From contig JBJTCH010000383.1 of the NCBI GenBank assembly GCA_046091745.1, positions 1 through 58,400 of the forward strand: DNA of 58,400 bases. Reading direction: 5' to 3'. Positions 18,347-28,974 of the stretch are shown one piece after another. This DNA is from Opitutaceae bacterium (lineage in GTDB: Bacteria; Verrucomicrobiota; Verrucomicrobiia; Opitutales; Opitutaceae). Under the pieces are notes generated by a model that worked only from the letters and a program-made list of their open reading frames with translations, did no database searches and had not been told where the DNA came from. Each line of letters opens with the position of its first letter. The first letter of the stretch is position 1. The translations under genes were made by a program, and so were the position numbers.

Positions 18347-19390
18347 TCAGCGCACGCCCATCAGGTGCTGGAGCGTGTAGAGCTCCAGGCCCTCGTAGTC
18401 GCGGGCGGCGCGGTATTCCTCGACGCGCGCGCGGTCCCAGGTGCGGACCTTCTCGACGAGGTGGAGGAAGATGCGGCGGCTGGCGGCGAGGTGTTCCGTG
18501 ACCGGCACGCCGGCCTGGGTGCGCATCGTCTTCACGTCGAGGCCGACGAACTCGCCGCGGCGGCCGTAGCCGGCCTCCTCGAGCACGCGCACCTGGTTGA
18601 AGGCGCCGCGGAGATTGGCGGAGCCGAAGTTCTTGTCCTGATCGTACTTCAACCCGTTCTGGTCGTTGAGGTGGACGCTCCCGAGTTTCCCGTGCGCGAG
18701 GCAGAACGCCATCTCGTCGCTCGGGTCGAGGTTCGCGAGCAGCGCGTGCGCGGTCTCGATGAGGGCCTTCACGCGCTGGTGGTCGCGCGAGGCGTAGGCG
18801 AGGGAGATCGCGTGGCCCGCGGTGGGCACGTAGGCCATGTCGGTGGGCTCGTTCGGCTTCGGCTCGATCCAGACCTCGACCTCGCGGTCGTACTCGAGGA
18901 TCGCGTCGACGGTCTCCAGCAGGCGGCGGTAGGCGAGACGGGCGTCCTTCGACTCGCGCGTGTAGCTGCCCTCGCGCGCGAGCCACAGCACGACGGCGCG
19001 GCTGCCGATCGCGCGCGTGATGTCGAGGCACTTGCGCGTGCGATCCCAGGCGTACTTGCGATCCGCGGCGCGGTTCGAGGTGTAGGCGCCGTCGATCGTC
19101 TGGTGGGCGAACCACAGGCGCGGCGCCACGAACTCGGGCGTGAGCCCCTCGTCGCGCAGCATCTTTTTGACCTCCTTCGCCCGCGCGGCGATCTGCGCGG
19201 GCTTCAGGTCGTCGAGGCCGGGCACGACGTCATCGTCGTGGAACTGCACGCCGTCGAAACCAAGTTTCTTGTAGAGCGCGAACTTGCCGTCGTGGGGGAA
19301 CGCGGCGCGGACGTCGGGACCGAACGGGTCGCCGCCCTCGCTGATGTTCCACGGGCCGAAGGAGAAACGGTAGGTGACGGGCTTGCTCAT
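18347..19390 (-). CDS. xylose isomerase-like TIM-barrel sugar isomerase
   Basis: RFSFGPW, GGDPFG, FHDDD, IEPKPNEP, ETAH, HLNDQ and YDQD metal ligands of class I xylose isomerases. Confidence 0.8.
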   Translation of the reverse strand: MSKPVTYRFSFGPWNISEGGDPFGPDVRAAFPHDGKFALYKKLGFDGVQFHDDDVVPGLDDLKPAQIAARAKEVKKMLRDEGLTPEFVAPRLWFAHQTIDGAYTSNRAADRKYAWDRTRKCLDITRAIGSRAVVLWLAREGSYTRESKDARLAYRRLLETVDAILEYDREVEVWIEPKPNEPTDMAYVPTAGHAISLAYASRDHQRVKALIETAHALLANLDPSDEMAFCLAHGKLGSVHLNDQNGLKYDQDKNFGSANLRGAFNQVRVLEEAGYGRRGEFVGLDVKTMRTQAGVPVTEHLAASRRIFLHLVEKVRTWDRARVEEYRAARDYEGLELYTLQHLMGVR

Positions 19391-19460
19391 GGGGAAAGGC
19401 GATCAGGCTTGGGCGGAAAAGCGGCGGAGGGAACCCCGGATTTTTTCCCCTCGGAGGAAT

Positions 19461-19710
19461 CCAGCGCGGCTCCGACGCAACCCAAGCGTCTTTCAGGATC
19501 GCTTCCGCATAGCTCCGCGAGGGGCAACCACGGATGAACACGGATGGACACGGATGAGGGAGTGCCGATGCAGCCGAGGCTGCCTGCCTCGGATTATAAC
19601 GTAAGCCCGATGGCCGAAAAACGGGAGCGCTTGCAATCGTCCACGGGAGTCTGCGCTCAGAATCCGTGTGAATCCGCGTCCATCCGTGGTTAACCCCCGG
19701 ATCGCTCCGC
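19461..19710. repeat. intergenic repeat mosaic B: inverted pair of CACGGAT periodic arms (REPIN-like)
   Basis: AACCACGGATGAACACGGATGGACACGGAT at about 19526-19555 and its inverted copy ATCCGTGTGAATCCGCGTCCATCCGTGGTT at about 19662-19691, around a ~105-bp spacer. Confidence 0.8.
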
Positions 19711-19711
19711 C

Positions 19712-20509
19712 TCAGAGCCGGCGGACCCAGATGTTGCGGAAACGGACCGGGCAGCCGTGGCCGCCCAGCGTGACCGGGCCGGTGCCGCGTTTCTGCGTGT
19801 AGGCCGGCAGGCGGCGATGGCCGGTCTCGCCGCGAATCTCGGTCTCGTGCTGAACGAGCACGCCGTTGAGGAGCACCGTGACGCGCGCGGGAGCGACAAG
19901 CCGCTCGCCGTCGAAACGCGGCGCGGTGAACACGATGTCGTAGCTCTGCCATTGTCCCGCGGGGCGCGCGGCTTCAACGCGCGGGGGCGTTTGTCCGTAG
20001 ACCGCGCCGCATGCGCCGTCGGGGTAGATCTTCACCGAGTGCGAATCGAAGATCTGCACCTCGTAGAGCCCCATCAGGAAGACGCCGTTGTTGCCCTGGT
20101 CGGACCACGGGCCGTTGAAATTCGCGGGCGACTGCCACTCGAGGTGCAGCTGGAGGTCGCCGAACTCCTCCCGCGACGACAGCTTCACGTCGCCGGCGAC
20201 CAGATGGCCGGCGTCGACCTTCCAGTCGTTCGGGGTCCGCCAGGCGGAGGCGTCGCGGCCGGAGAAAAGCACGATCGCGTCCGCCGGCGGAGCCAACGAC
20301 GGCCCGGCGGGCCCGGGGTCGACGCGCGGCGGCGCGGGGCGGTCGGGATCGTGCACGAGCCACTCGCACCACGGGAGCTTCGGCGTGTCCTTGTATCCAA
20401 AATACCCCGACCCGTCGCGGGCCTTGATCAGGTCGGCCGCGGGCGCGGATTCCGGGAGGGACAGCGTGAGCAGCAGGAGGGCGAGGGCGGGGCGGGGAAT
20501 CCGGGACAT
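19712..20509 (-). CDS. DUF1080 (3-keto-disaccharide hydrolase-like) secreted protein
   Basis: Signal peptide MSRIPRPALALLLL; PADAIVLF, FGDLQLHLEW, GNNGVFLMGLYEVQIFDS, WQSYDIVF, PVRFRNIWVR. Confidence 0.88.
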   Translation of the reverse strand: MSRIPRPALALLLLTLSLPESAPAADLIKARDGSGYFGYKDTPKLPWCEWLVHDPDRPAPPRVDPGPAGPSLAPPADAIVLFSGRDASAWRTPNDWKVDAGHLVAGDVKLSSREEFGDLQLHLEWQSPANFNGPWSDQGNNGVFLMGLYEVQIFDSHSVKIYPDGACGAVYGQTPPRVEAARPAGQWQSYDIVFTAPRFDGERLVAPARVTVLLNGVLVQHETEIRGETGHRRLPAYTQKRGTGPVTLGGHGCPVRFRNIWVRRL

Positions 20510-20538
20510 GAACGGGGAGGCCGCGGGGCGTGCGGCGC

Positions 20539-22011
20539 TCAGGCGAAGAGCTTGGTGACGGCCTTGGCCTTCACGAGCTCGCGCGGCTGATTGAGGTGGT
20601 TGTAGACGATCGTCTCCGGATCGATGCCGAAGGCGTGGTAGATCGTGGCGAGCAGCTCGGTGGGGTGCACCGGGTCGCTCTTCGGCGCGGAGGCGGTCTT
20701 GTCGGACTCGCCGTGCACGTAGCCCCGGCGGATGCCGGCGCCGGCGATGAGCGCGGTGTAGCAGTAGGGCCAGTGGTCGCGGCCGTCGGCGCTGTTGTTG
20801 TTGCCCGAGGTGCTGACGCCGCGCTCGGGGCTGCGGCCGAATTCCCCCAGGGCGACGACCAGCGTGTCGCTGAGGAGTCCGCGCTGGTCGAGGTCCTCGA
20901 AGAGCGCGCTCAGGCCCTGGTCGAGCATCGGGCCGGACTTGTCCTTCATGCGCTCGGTCAGGCCCTGGTGGTGGTCCCACGAGTGGTTGTCGGAATTGGC
21001 GACCTTGGGCCAGATGACCTCGACGACGCGGGTGCCGGCCTCGACGAGGCGGCGCGCGAGGAGCAGGCTCTGGCCGAAGGTGTTGCGGCCGTAGCGGTCG
21101 CGGAGCTTCTCGCCCTCCGAGGCGAGGGCGAAAGCCTCGCGGGCGCGGCCCGACACGATGAGGTTGAGGGCGCGCTGGTAGTACTCGTCGAGATTGTACG
21201 ACGCGGTGGCTTTCTCGATGTCGGGCATCGCGGCGTCGATCGACTCGCGCAGGCGCGCGCGACGCTCGAGGCGCTGGGCGAAGACTTCCTGCGGGAGCTT
21301 GAGGTCGTCGGTGCGGATGCGCTCGAGCTTGGCCATGTCGAGGTCGTCCCCGTCCGGGTAGAGCGTGTACGGGTCGAAGGCCTTGCCGAGGAAACCGGCG
21401 GTGCCGCCCTTGCCGACGACATTGGACTCCTGCAGCGGGCGCGGGAGCATGACGAACGGCAGCATCGGCTGATCGACCGGCTTCAGGCGGACGATGTTGG
21501 AGCCGAAGTTGGGGAAGTCCTTCGCGTTGGGTGGCTCGAGCTGGCCGGAGGGGCTGACCTTGTCGGTCGTGTAGCCCGTCATGATCTGGTAGATCGCCGC
21601 CGTGTGGTTGAAGAGCCCGTTCGGCGTATAGCTCATCGAGCGGATCATGGTGAACTTGTCGTTCACCTTCGCGAGTTGCGGGATGATCTCGGTGAAGTTC
21701 ACGCCCGGGATGCGCGTCGGGATGGGCTTGAACGCGCTGCGGATCTTTTCGGGCACGTTCTCCTTCGGATCCCACAGGTCGATATGCGAGGGGCCGCCTT
21801 GCAGGTAGACCATGATGACGCTCTTGGCCTTGCCCCAGCCCGGGCCGCCGTGGCGCGCGGGTGCGGCGGGAGTCTGCGCGTTGAGGCGGAGCATCTGGCC
21901 GAGCGAAAGCCCGAGGATGCTGGAGCCGCCGACGCGCAGGAGGTCGCGGCGGGTCATCTTCGCGTGGGTGTCGCAGAGGTCGGTGTTCAGTCCACCGGGG
22001 AGACGGATCAT
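20539..22011 (-). CDS. DUF1501 domain protein (Tat signal, alkaline phosphatase/sulfatase-like)
   Basis: [68 protein letters not shown]. Confidence 0.92.
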   Translation of the reverse strand: MIRLPGGLNTDLCDTHAKMTRRDLLRVGGSSILGLSLGQMLRLNAQTPAAPARHGGPGWGKAKSVIMVYLQGGPSHIDLWDPKENVPEKIRSAFKPIPTRIPGVNFTEIIPQLAKVNDKFTMIRSMSYTPNGLFNHTAAIYQIMTGYTTDKVSPSGQLEPPNAKDFPNFGSNIVRLKPVDQPMLPFVMLPRPLQESNVVGKGGTAGFLGKAFDPYTLYPDGDDLDMAKLERIRTDDLKLPQEVFAQRLERRARLRESIDAAMPDIEKATASYNLDEYYQRALNLIVSGRAREAFALASEGEKLRDRYGRNTFGQSLLLARRLVEAGTRVVEVIWPKVANSDNHSWDHHQGLTERMKDKSGPMLDQGLSALFEDLDQRGLLSDTLVVALGEFGRSPERGVSTSGNNNSADGRDHWPYCYTALIAGAGIRRGYVHGESDKTASAPKSDPVHPTELLATIYHAFGIDPETIVYNHLNQPRELVKAKAVTKLFA

Positions 22012-22039
22012 GGCGGGGCCTTTCTCGTGGGGAGGGGTG

Positions 22040-25000
22040 CTAGCGGTTGAAGAGGAAAGCGGGCGTGTTCACCAGCGCCCACGCGAGATCCTGCACGCCG
22101 GTGAGCCGGCGGTCGGCGGACTGGCGGGTGCTGAGTTCGGCGTCGGCGCGGAGTTGGGCGAGGACGGGATCGACGGCCACGGGCTTCTCGGCGGCGGCGA
22201 GCTCGGCCTTGAGGCGGACGAGTTCCGGATCCTCGGCGACGGGTTGGCGGGCGGTGAAAAGCGCCTGGCCGAGCTTGCGGAGCGTGGCGTCATTCTCGCG
22301 CTGGAAGGCGGCGATGGCGGTCACCTGCACGGTGGTCCGCTCCGCGGCGGGTACCGCGAGCGCCTCGGCGACGTCGGCCGGCACGCCGTGCTCGAGCGCC
22401 TCCTCGGACGTCGTGTACCAGAGGCGGAAGCGTCCGATCATGTAGGTGTCGCGGAAGCGCTGCTGGAGGAAGATCTGGAAACGCGCGCCCTTCTCGTCGC
22501 CCACCGGGGCGGGGAACGCGAAGCGGGCCCAATGGGGCTCGCCGGGCCGGCCGCCCACCGCCCAGCCGTCGCGGCCGGCGTCGGCCTTGAGGTTGATGGC
22601 GTTGAAGACGTCGTAGTTGGCCTGCGTGAAGTCGGCGCGTGCCGCGCGGAACTCGGCGTCCTTGAACTCGCGGTCGCTCCCCTTGTCGGTCCACTTGGTG
22701 AAGAACTCGCTGAGGACGAAGTTGCCGTCGCGCGCGAGGCCCGGACCGAAGCGCGGCAGCCTCTCGTGCGGCAGAACCTCGAGGATGAGCGCCGTGACCT
22801 TCCCGTGGAGGGACTCCGCGTTGAAGGTGTAGTCCTGCAGACCGTTGACGGGGCCGACGGCGAGGTAGGAGTTATCCGGCAGCAGCTCGAGGCGGCCGCC
22901 GTTGGTGACGTTGACGGTGTTGATGACGAGCGGGTGCCACACGGTGCCGGTGCGGCACTCCGCGAGCGACTCCTCGAAGGCGGCGCGCCGTCCCGGGATC
23001 AGGGCCTCATGTTCGGCGAGGGCTTTCTCGGCGGCGGCGATACGCTCCTCCCGCTTGCGTTCCGCCTCGGCGGCCTGCGGAGCGACCGCGATCAGGCGGG
23101 CGTCGATCTTCGCGCGCGCGGCGGCGACGGCCTCGGTGCGGAGCCGTTCCTTCTCGGTGCTGATCGGCGCCCACCACTTTTCGCGTTCGGCCAGCTTTTG
23201 GCTCAGCCCGCGGTGTTCGGAATCGATGGCCTGCCACGACTCGAGCGCGGTCGCGGCCTCCTTGTCGGTGGCGTGGCGACCGAGCGTGCGCAGGAACACC
23301 TCGTCGATCAGCCGGCGGTCGTCGGCGACTTTCGAGACCAGCGCCGCGAGGTCGTTCTTCCGATCGTTGATCGCACCGGAGACGGTGGGCCCGCTGAGCA
23401 GCGCCATCACGGAACCGAGTCCGAGGTCGCTCGTGCGCTCGCACTCGCAGGCCGACTCGCGCGCGGGTCGGCCCAGACTGGCGAGGAACCCGCTCTGCAC
23501 GTCGATGGCGGAATCGGGCAACTGCGCGGCGCGCGTGCCGGGTTTGACGCCGGGGAACTCCGGCGCGGAACCGGTGGCCTTGAACACCGAATCGAGGAGC
23601 ACCTCGGCGGGCAGGCGGCGGGCGAGGGCGTGCGAGTAGTTGACGTTGTCGTCGGAGTTCCAGCGATGCGTCGCGAGCGAGAGCTGGTAGGTGCGCGACT
23701 TGCAGATCAGCGCCTGCAGTTTCCGGACGTCGAAGCCGCCGCGGATGAACTCCTCCGTGAGCCAAGCGAGCAGCTCGGGATTCGAGGGCGGGTTGCCCGC
23801 GCGGATGTCGTCGATCGGTTCGATGAGGCCCACGCCGGTGAGGTAACCCCACATGCGGTTGACGTAGCTGAGCGCGAAATAGCGGTTGTCGGGGGATGTC
23901 ATCCACGCGGCCAGCTGGTCGCGGCGTCCCGGCTTGTCGCCGGCGGGCGGCGTGAATTTGGCGGGGTAGGGGAACGCCGGCGGCGTCTCCTTGCCCGTGC
24001 GGTCGTGGCGGATCTCGCCCTCCGCCTTCTCGGACACCACCTCGTAGAGCGGCTTCGCGCCCTCGACCGCGGTGCCGGCGATCGTGCGTGCGCCGGATTG
24101 CGGGTCGCGCTTGAGGTCGACGCGCGCGAAGTACGCCGAAAGGTCGTAGTACTGGTCCTGCGTCCAGCGCTCGAACGGATGATCGTGGCACTTGTTGCAG
24201 TTGAAGCGGGTGGCGAGGAACAGGTGCGTGGTGTTCTCCATGGTCTCCGTCGGGGTGCGGAGAATCTTGTAGTAGCTCGCCGCGGGGTTCTCGCGGTTGG
24301 AACCGGACGCGGTGAGGATCTTCCGCGCGAAAACATCGTAGGGCGTGTTGGCAGCGATCTCGCCGCGGATCCACTCGCGGAACTGGCGCGCGCCGTCCTC
24401 GCCCAGAAACTTCCGGTTCACCTGCAGCAGGTCGGCCCACTTGTTGGCCCAGTGGTCGACGTAGTCGGGGGACCCGATGAGGCGGTCGATCACCGCGTCG
24501 CGTTTCTCGCGGACCGGCCGTTGGTCGGCGAGGAACGCGCGCACCTCCTCCGCGGAGGGCGGCAGACCGGTGAGGTCGAGGTGCACGCGGCGCAGGAAAT
24601 CGGCGTCGGCGCTCAGCTCCGAGGGCAGGATCTTCATGCGCCGCCATTTCGCCGCGGTGAACTCGTCGATGCGGTTCCACTTCTCGGGCTCGCGCCACTC
24701 GAAACCGGCGCGGTCGCCCATGACCGTGACCGTCGTCGCCGCGTACGCGCCCTCGAACCGCGCGAGCAGCGGGGCCTCGCCGCGGCGGAGCGTGCGCACG
24801 AGCCCGCCGCGCTCCGTCACCGCGACGTCCTGGTTCCCCGACTCGATGAAACCCTCGGCGGTGACGTCGCGTCGGCGGCCGTCGGCGTACGTCGCGATGA
24901 TCCGCATCTGCTGGCGGGAGCCGACGCGCTGCAGCACGGGATCGCGCGGCGTGACCTCGATCGAGGTCACACGCGTCGCGGCGGGGTCGAGCTTCGCGCC

Positions 25001-25708
25001 GCCCGCGATCCACGCGCGGAGGATGCGGTAGTATTTGTCGTCGTAGGCGGTGCGCTGCCCACCCTCGTGCGGTACCGCGCCGGTGGCCTTGAGCAGCATC
25101 AGCGAGTCGTCGGGCGAGGCGAGGTTCACGCGCCGGCCGGCGTGGTCGTCGACGAGCGAGCGCACGTCGAACTCGGGATCGTAGCCGCGGAGCGAGAGCT
25201 TGAAGCCAGCCTTGCCGTCCTTGGCGCCGTGGCACGGGCCCGAGCTGCAGCCGAGCTGGTTGATCACCGGGTTCACGTCTCGGAGAAAATCCACCTTCGC
25301 GGCCGGGTCGTGGTTCACGACCTCGAGCGAAGCGCGCGCGGTGCGGCCGCCGAGGCTGGCCGCGAGCTCCGCGCGGCCGTTGCCGGCGGCGTTGACCAGG
25401 CCGGCCGCGGAAACGGCCGCCACCTTGGCATCAACCGTGAGACGGGCGAGACGCGTCGCGTCGACGCGGGTGCCGTCGGCCAGCTCGGCGGTGACGAGCA
25501 TCTGCGCGGCGTCGAACGCGCCGTCAAGCCGCACCGCGGCGGGCGTGATCTCGAGCGCGCGCACCACCGCGCCGGCGGGAAGCGCCTCCGGCTCGGACGG
25601 GTTGAGGGCGGCGGGCGCGGCCGCGGCCGGGCCGGCGACCAGCAGCGCGGCGGCGAGCAGCAGGGGCAGGGGCGGAAGGGGCTTCATGCGGACGGAAAAA
25701 CGATTCAT
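22040..25708 (-). CDS. DUF1549/DUF1553 domain protein with Ig-like repeats; alternative start 25687
   Basis: [76 protein letters not shown]. Confidence 0.9.
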   Translation of the reverse strand: MNRFSVRMKPLPPLPLLLAAALLVAGPAAAAPAALNPSEPEALPAGAVVRALEITPAAVRLDGAFDAAQMLVTAELADGTRVDATRLARLTVDAKVAAVSAAGLVNAAGNGRAELAASLGGRTARASLEVVNHDPAAKVDFLRDVNPVINQLGCSSGPCHGAKDGKAGFKLSLRGYDPEFDVRSLVDDHAGRRVNLASPDDSLMLLKATGAVPHEGGQRTAYDDKYYRILRAWIAGGAKLDPAATRVTSIEVTPRDPVLQRVGSRQQMRIIATYADGRRRDVTAEGFIESGNQDVAVTERGGLVRTLRRGEAPLLARFEGAYAATTVTVMGDRAGFEWREPEKWNRIDEFTAAKWRRMKILPSELSADADFLRRVHLDLTGLPPSAEEVRAFLADQRPVREKRDAVIDRLIGSPDYVDHWANKWADLLQVNRKFLGEDGARQFREWIRGEIAANTPYDVFARKILTASGSNRENPAASYYKILRTPTETMENTTHLFLATRFNCNKCHDHPFERWTQDQYYDLSAYFARVDLKRDPQSGARTIAGTAVEGAKPLYEVVSEKAEGEIRHDRTGKETPPAFPYPAKFTPPAGDKPGRRDQLAAWMTSPDNRYFALSYVNRMWGYLTGVGLIEPIDDIRAGNPPSNPELLAWLTEEFIRGGFDVRKLQALICKSRTYQLSLATHRWNSDDNVNYSHALARRLPAEVLLDSVFKATGSAPEFPGVKPGTRAAQLPDSAIDVQSGFLASLGRPARESACECERTSDLGLGSVMALLSGPTVSGAINDRKNDLAALVSKVADDRRLIDEVFLRTLGRHATDKEAATALESWQAIDSEHRGLSQKLAEREKWWAPISTEKERLRTEAVAAARAKIDARLIAVAPQAAEAERKREERIAAAEKALAEHEALIPGRRAAFEESLAECRTGTVWHPLVINTVNVTNGGRLELLPDNSYLAVGPVNGLQDYTFNAESLHGKVTALILEVLPHERLPRFGPGLARDGNFVLSEFFTKWTDKGSDREFKDAEFRAARADFTQANYDVFNAINLKADAGRDGWAVGGRPGEPHWARFAFPAPVGDEKGARFQIFLQQRFRDTYMIGRFRLWYTTSEEALEHGVPADVAEALAVPAAERTTVQVTAIAAFQRENDATLRKLGQALFTARQPVAEDPELVRLKAELAAAEKPVAVDPVLAQLRADAELSTRQSADRRLTGVQDLAWALVNTPAFLFNR

Positions 25709-27240
25709 CGACCCAGGGAGACGGCGGCGCCGGCGAGTGGCACAGGGACGAATTCACCGGTCACCGCGCCGTCGGTCGCGCGGATGAAACGCACGCGGCC
25801 GTCCTCGCCGGCGGCCGCCACGCGGGCCCCGTCGGGGCTGAAGGCCAGCGCGTACATCGCCGTGGGGAACTCGGCGGCGGCGGTGCGCGCGGTGCCGCGG
25901 GTGGTGAACTCCTCGATGGCCTTCTTCTCCTCGGCCGAGTAGGTCGTCGCGACCTTCGTGTAGGCCTTGAGGATCATCTCGGAAATCTCCGTGTCGTGCT
26001 CGCCGGCGAAGAAATGCACCGCGCCGCGGCCGTTGAGGCTGCTGGCGGCGGCGATGAGGCGACCGTCGGGCGAGTAGTCGACCGCGAACACGCGGCCCTC
26101 CATCGCGGGGAAGCGGCGAAGGAGGTTGGCGTTGTCGCCGATCTTCCGCGCGGCCCGGCGGAAGACGAGGTAGAGCTGCGGCACGCCGTCGGCCCCGCCG
26201 ATCACCACCTCATCGCGCCCCGGCCGGCGCGCGATGGCGTGCAATCCGCCACGCAGCGCGCCGGGCGTGATCGAGGTGACGTTGTCGACGAAGCGCTGCG
26301 TCTCCACCTCGGTGAGCTTGGTGCTCATGTCGCGTCCGACCGACATGACGTGCGACCCGTCCTGGCTGAACACCGTGCCCAGCACCCAGTCGTTGTGGGA
26401 GCCTTGGAAAAGCACCTGCTCACCGGTGCGGGAATCGATCGCGCGCAGGGTGTTGTCGGGGCAGCCGAACGCCACCAGCCGCCCGTCCGGCGACCAGCTC
26501 ACGCCGTAGACGGTGTCGTATCCCATCGGCACCGACAGCGTGAGCTTGCGCTGCGCCACGTCCCACACCTGCACCTCGCCCATGCGCGCGGGCAGGCCGC
26601 CGGCGACCGCGAGGCGCGCGCCGTCGGGGGAGAATTTCACCGACTCGATGCGCTCCGAGATGCCGACGAGGCGCGCGACGAGCCCGCCGCCATCGGCGCG
26701 GTGCAGCAGGACCTCATGGAAGCCGGCGACGGCGATCAGCGTGCCGTCGGGGGAGAACGACAGGGAGGTGACGACCGGCGGCCGCAGGTAGACCGGCGGG
26801 TGATCGGCGTCGATCCGTTGCACCGCGTTGCGGGGCGTGTCGTCCGCCGCGCCCTCGGCGATCCAGCGGCGCACGAGCGCGATGTGCTCCGGCTTCAACG
26901 GCGCCTTGTCCTTGGGCATCTCGGCCTCGCCATCCTTCGGCGTGATCGAGGCGAGGAGCGCGCTGGCGTCGGGCTTGCCGGCGACGACCGCCGCGTGCCC
27001 GCTCTCGCCGCCGGCGAGAAGCTTGGCGAAATCCGTCATCACGTAGCCGCCCTTCGCCTTGGCCGGCTGGTGGCAGCCCTGGCAATGCGCCTGGAAAACC
27101 GGGCGCACGTGTTTCCAGTAGCTGACCGGTTGGCCTGAGTCGTCCTCGGCCTTAGCCGGCGGCGCGGCGGCGCGCAGCGGAACGACGGTGAACGCGAGGA
27201 GGAGCGCGGACGCTAAAAGGGATCCGGAAACGCGGAACAT
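25705..27240 (-). CDS. planctomycete-type cytochrome c domain + WD40 repeat protein
   Basis: Signal peptide; VRPVFQAHCQGCH, VVAGKPDAS, MPK, RWIAEGA; then repeated FSPDG/WSPDG/YSPDG WD40 units. Confidence 0.9.
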   Translation of the reverse strand: MFRVSGSLLASALLLAFTVVPLRAAAPPAKAEDDSGQPVSYWKHVRPVFQAHCQGCHQPAKAKGGYVMTDFAKLLAGGESGHAAVVAGKPDASALLASITPKDGEAEMPKDKAPLKPEHIALVRRWIAEGAADDTPRNAVQRIDADHPPVYLRPPVVTSLSFSPDGTLIAVAGFHEVLLHRADGGGLVARLVGISERIESVKFSPDGARLAVAGGLPARMGEVQVWDVAQRKLTLSVPMGYDTVYGVSWSPDGRLVAFGCPDNTLRAIDSRTGEQVLFQGSHNDWVLGTVFSQDGSHVMSVGRDMSTKLTEVETQRFVDNVTSITPGALRGGLHAIARRPGRDEVVIGGADGVPQLYLVFRRAARKIGDNANLLRRFPAMEGRVFAVDYSPDGRLIAAASSLNGRGAVHFFAGEHDTEISEMILKAYTKVATTYSAEEKKAIEEFTTRGTARTAAAEFPTAMYALAFSPDGARVAAAGEDGRVRFIRATDGAVTGEFVPVPLAGAAVSLGR

Positions 27241-27340
27241 CGGCGGCGGGGTGGGTGGGGTTTACCGAGCGCAAAGGGCACCGCGCGACGGAGGGGCGGT
27301 CAACGGGAATGTGACCGTCCTCCTGCCTCCGCGCGGGGCG

Positions 27341-28855
27341 TCAGCGGAGGGCGTCGCTCAGTTCCCGCAACGCCGCATGCAGTCGCGGCGCGGTGTCGGG
27401 CCCGAGTGAGTTCACCTCGCCGTAGACGGATTTGGCGGAATCGTACAGGTAAGGCGGCATCCGGTCCCATTCGCTGCGGGGGATGATGTAGCCGACCTCG
27501 TCGTTCGCGAGGCCGAGCACGAACTTCACCCGGCCCGGCAGGAACGCGCGCACCGGCGGAACCTCGACGGGCTCGACATCGAAATCACCGCCCGGGGCGC
27601 GCTCGACGCCGCCGTTGACGATCTCGGGGTAGATCTCGCCGGGCACGCAGGCGATCGTCGCGTCGCCGAAGCGCAGCACCGCCGCCTCGGAGCGGACGTG
27701 GCGCCAGCGCGAGTGGCCGCGATCCATGAGGCCGAGCACGGGCGCGATGAGGAAGTTCACGTTGTCGACCGGCAGCTCCAGCGTGCGCGCCTCGATCCCG
27801 ATCGGCGCGTGATCGGTCGCCGGCGCGGCCGCGCGGAGACGCGGGAGAACGCGCGCGGCCAGCTGCCGGCCGACGGCGACGCTCTTCGCGTGCGAGGGCT
27901 CCTTGAGATCCTCACCCAGCAGCGGATCCCGCACGGTCGTGCTCGGGTGCGTCGTCATGAGGCCGCCGACCGCGCCGTTGATGAAGCAGTGCACGCCGCC
28001 CAGGCCGGTGAGGGTGCCGGCCGGGCCGCTCGCGCCGCGCTCCAGCGTGTCGCGCAGCGCGCCGCAGAAATCAGCGGTGATCTCGGTGTTGCGCGACCAC
28101 GGGGTCTCGGGGTGGTTGCCCCAGGTCACGAGCGTGCCGAGCGTCGCGCCTCCGGCGGGCGCGGTGAAGTGCATCACGCGCACGTCGGCGTCGAACACGT
28201 GCGGCCGGCGGGTGTCGGCGACCAGGCCCTCGGGCGGCACGGAAATCTCGTGGAACGCGACCCGCGCCGGCGCGAGGCCCGCCACCGCCGCGGCCACGGT
28301 GCGCGCCGCGGTGGCGATCACCTGCTCGCGGTAGGCCGGATCGACGCCGCTCCGCAACGGATGCGGGCCCCAGAGGCCCATCAGGTCGGGGGTCGAGTGG
28401 TTGTGCGTCGTCGCGACGATCGTGTACGCGAGCCCGAGTTCCGGTCCGAGCCGCCGCCGGATCTCGACGACGTCGTCATGGAACAGACCGATGGAATCGA
28501 GGGCCACGAAACCGACGCGCGTGTGGCCGTCGTCGATGACACACGCGACGGACCAGAGGTCGTCATGGATCGCGGTGGCGGTGCGGTTCTGGGAAAATCC
28601 GGCGAGGTACACCGGCCGCGCGGGGTCGCCGAGCTTGGGGTTGATGCGTTCGCGGGCGAAGCCGGCGCGCAGCGGCCGCGGCTCGGCTTGGGATTTCCCG
28701 GACGAGACCGAGACGCGCACCGTGTAGCCCGGGCTGCGGTCGCGGAACGTGTAAACGATCCGCAGGGCGAGCGCGGCGAGGAGGATCGCGAGAAAAATTC
28801 CGGTCGCGCGGAGCAGGCGCAGCCAGAGCGGTCGGCGGGGTGGGGCGGCGTCCAT
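27341..28855 (-). CDS. neutral/alkaline ceramidase-like hydrolase with N-terminal membrane anchor
   Basis: YLAGF, IHDDLW, ATTHNHSTPD, GNHPE, ITADF, GAVGG, PGEIYPE, GLANDEVGYI. Confidence 0.75.
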   Translation of the reverse strand: MDAAPPRRPLWLRLLRATGIFLAILLAALALRIVYTFRDRSPGYTVRVSVSSGKSQAEPRPLRAGFARERINPKLGDPARPVYLAGFSQNRTATAIHDDLWSVACVIDDGHTRVGFVALDSIGLFHDDVVEIRRRLGPELGLAYTIVATTHNHSTPDLMGLWGPHPLRSGVDPAYREQVIATAARTVAAAVAGLAPARVAFHEISVPPEGLVADTRRPHVFDADVRVMHFTAPAGGATLGTLVTWGNHPETPWSRNTEITADFCGALRDTLERGASGPAGTLTGLGGVHCFINGAVGGLMTTHPSTTVRDPLLGEDLKEPSHAKSVAVGRQLAARVLPRLRAAAPATDHAPIGIEARTLELPVDNVNFLIAPVLGLMDRGHSRWRHVRSEAAVLRFGDATIACVPGEIYPEIVNGGVERAPGGDFDVEPVEVPPVRAFLPGRVKFVLGLANDEVGYIIPRSEWDRMPPYLYDSAKSVYGEVNSLGPDTAPRLHAALRELSDALR

Positions 28856-28974
28856 GGGGTCGACGGCGCGAGCCGAGCGGGGTTTCGCGGCAGCGGCAAG
28901 GGCGCGGTGTGGCGGCAGGTTGGGTTTGCCACGCGGGACCGGCGGCGCGTTTGCTGCGCGAAACCCCACGCCCC

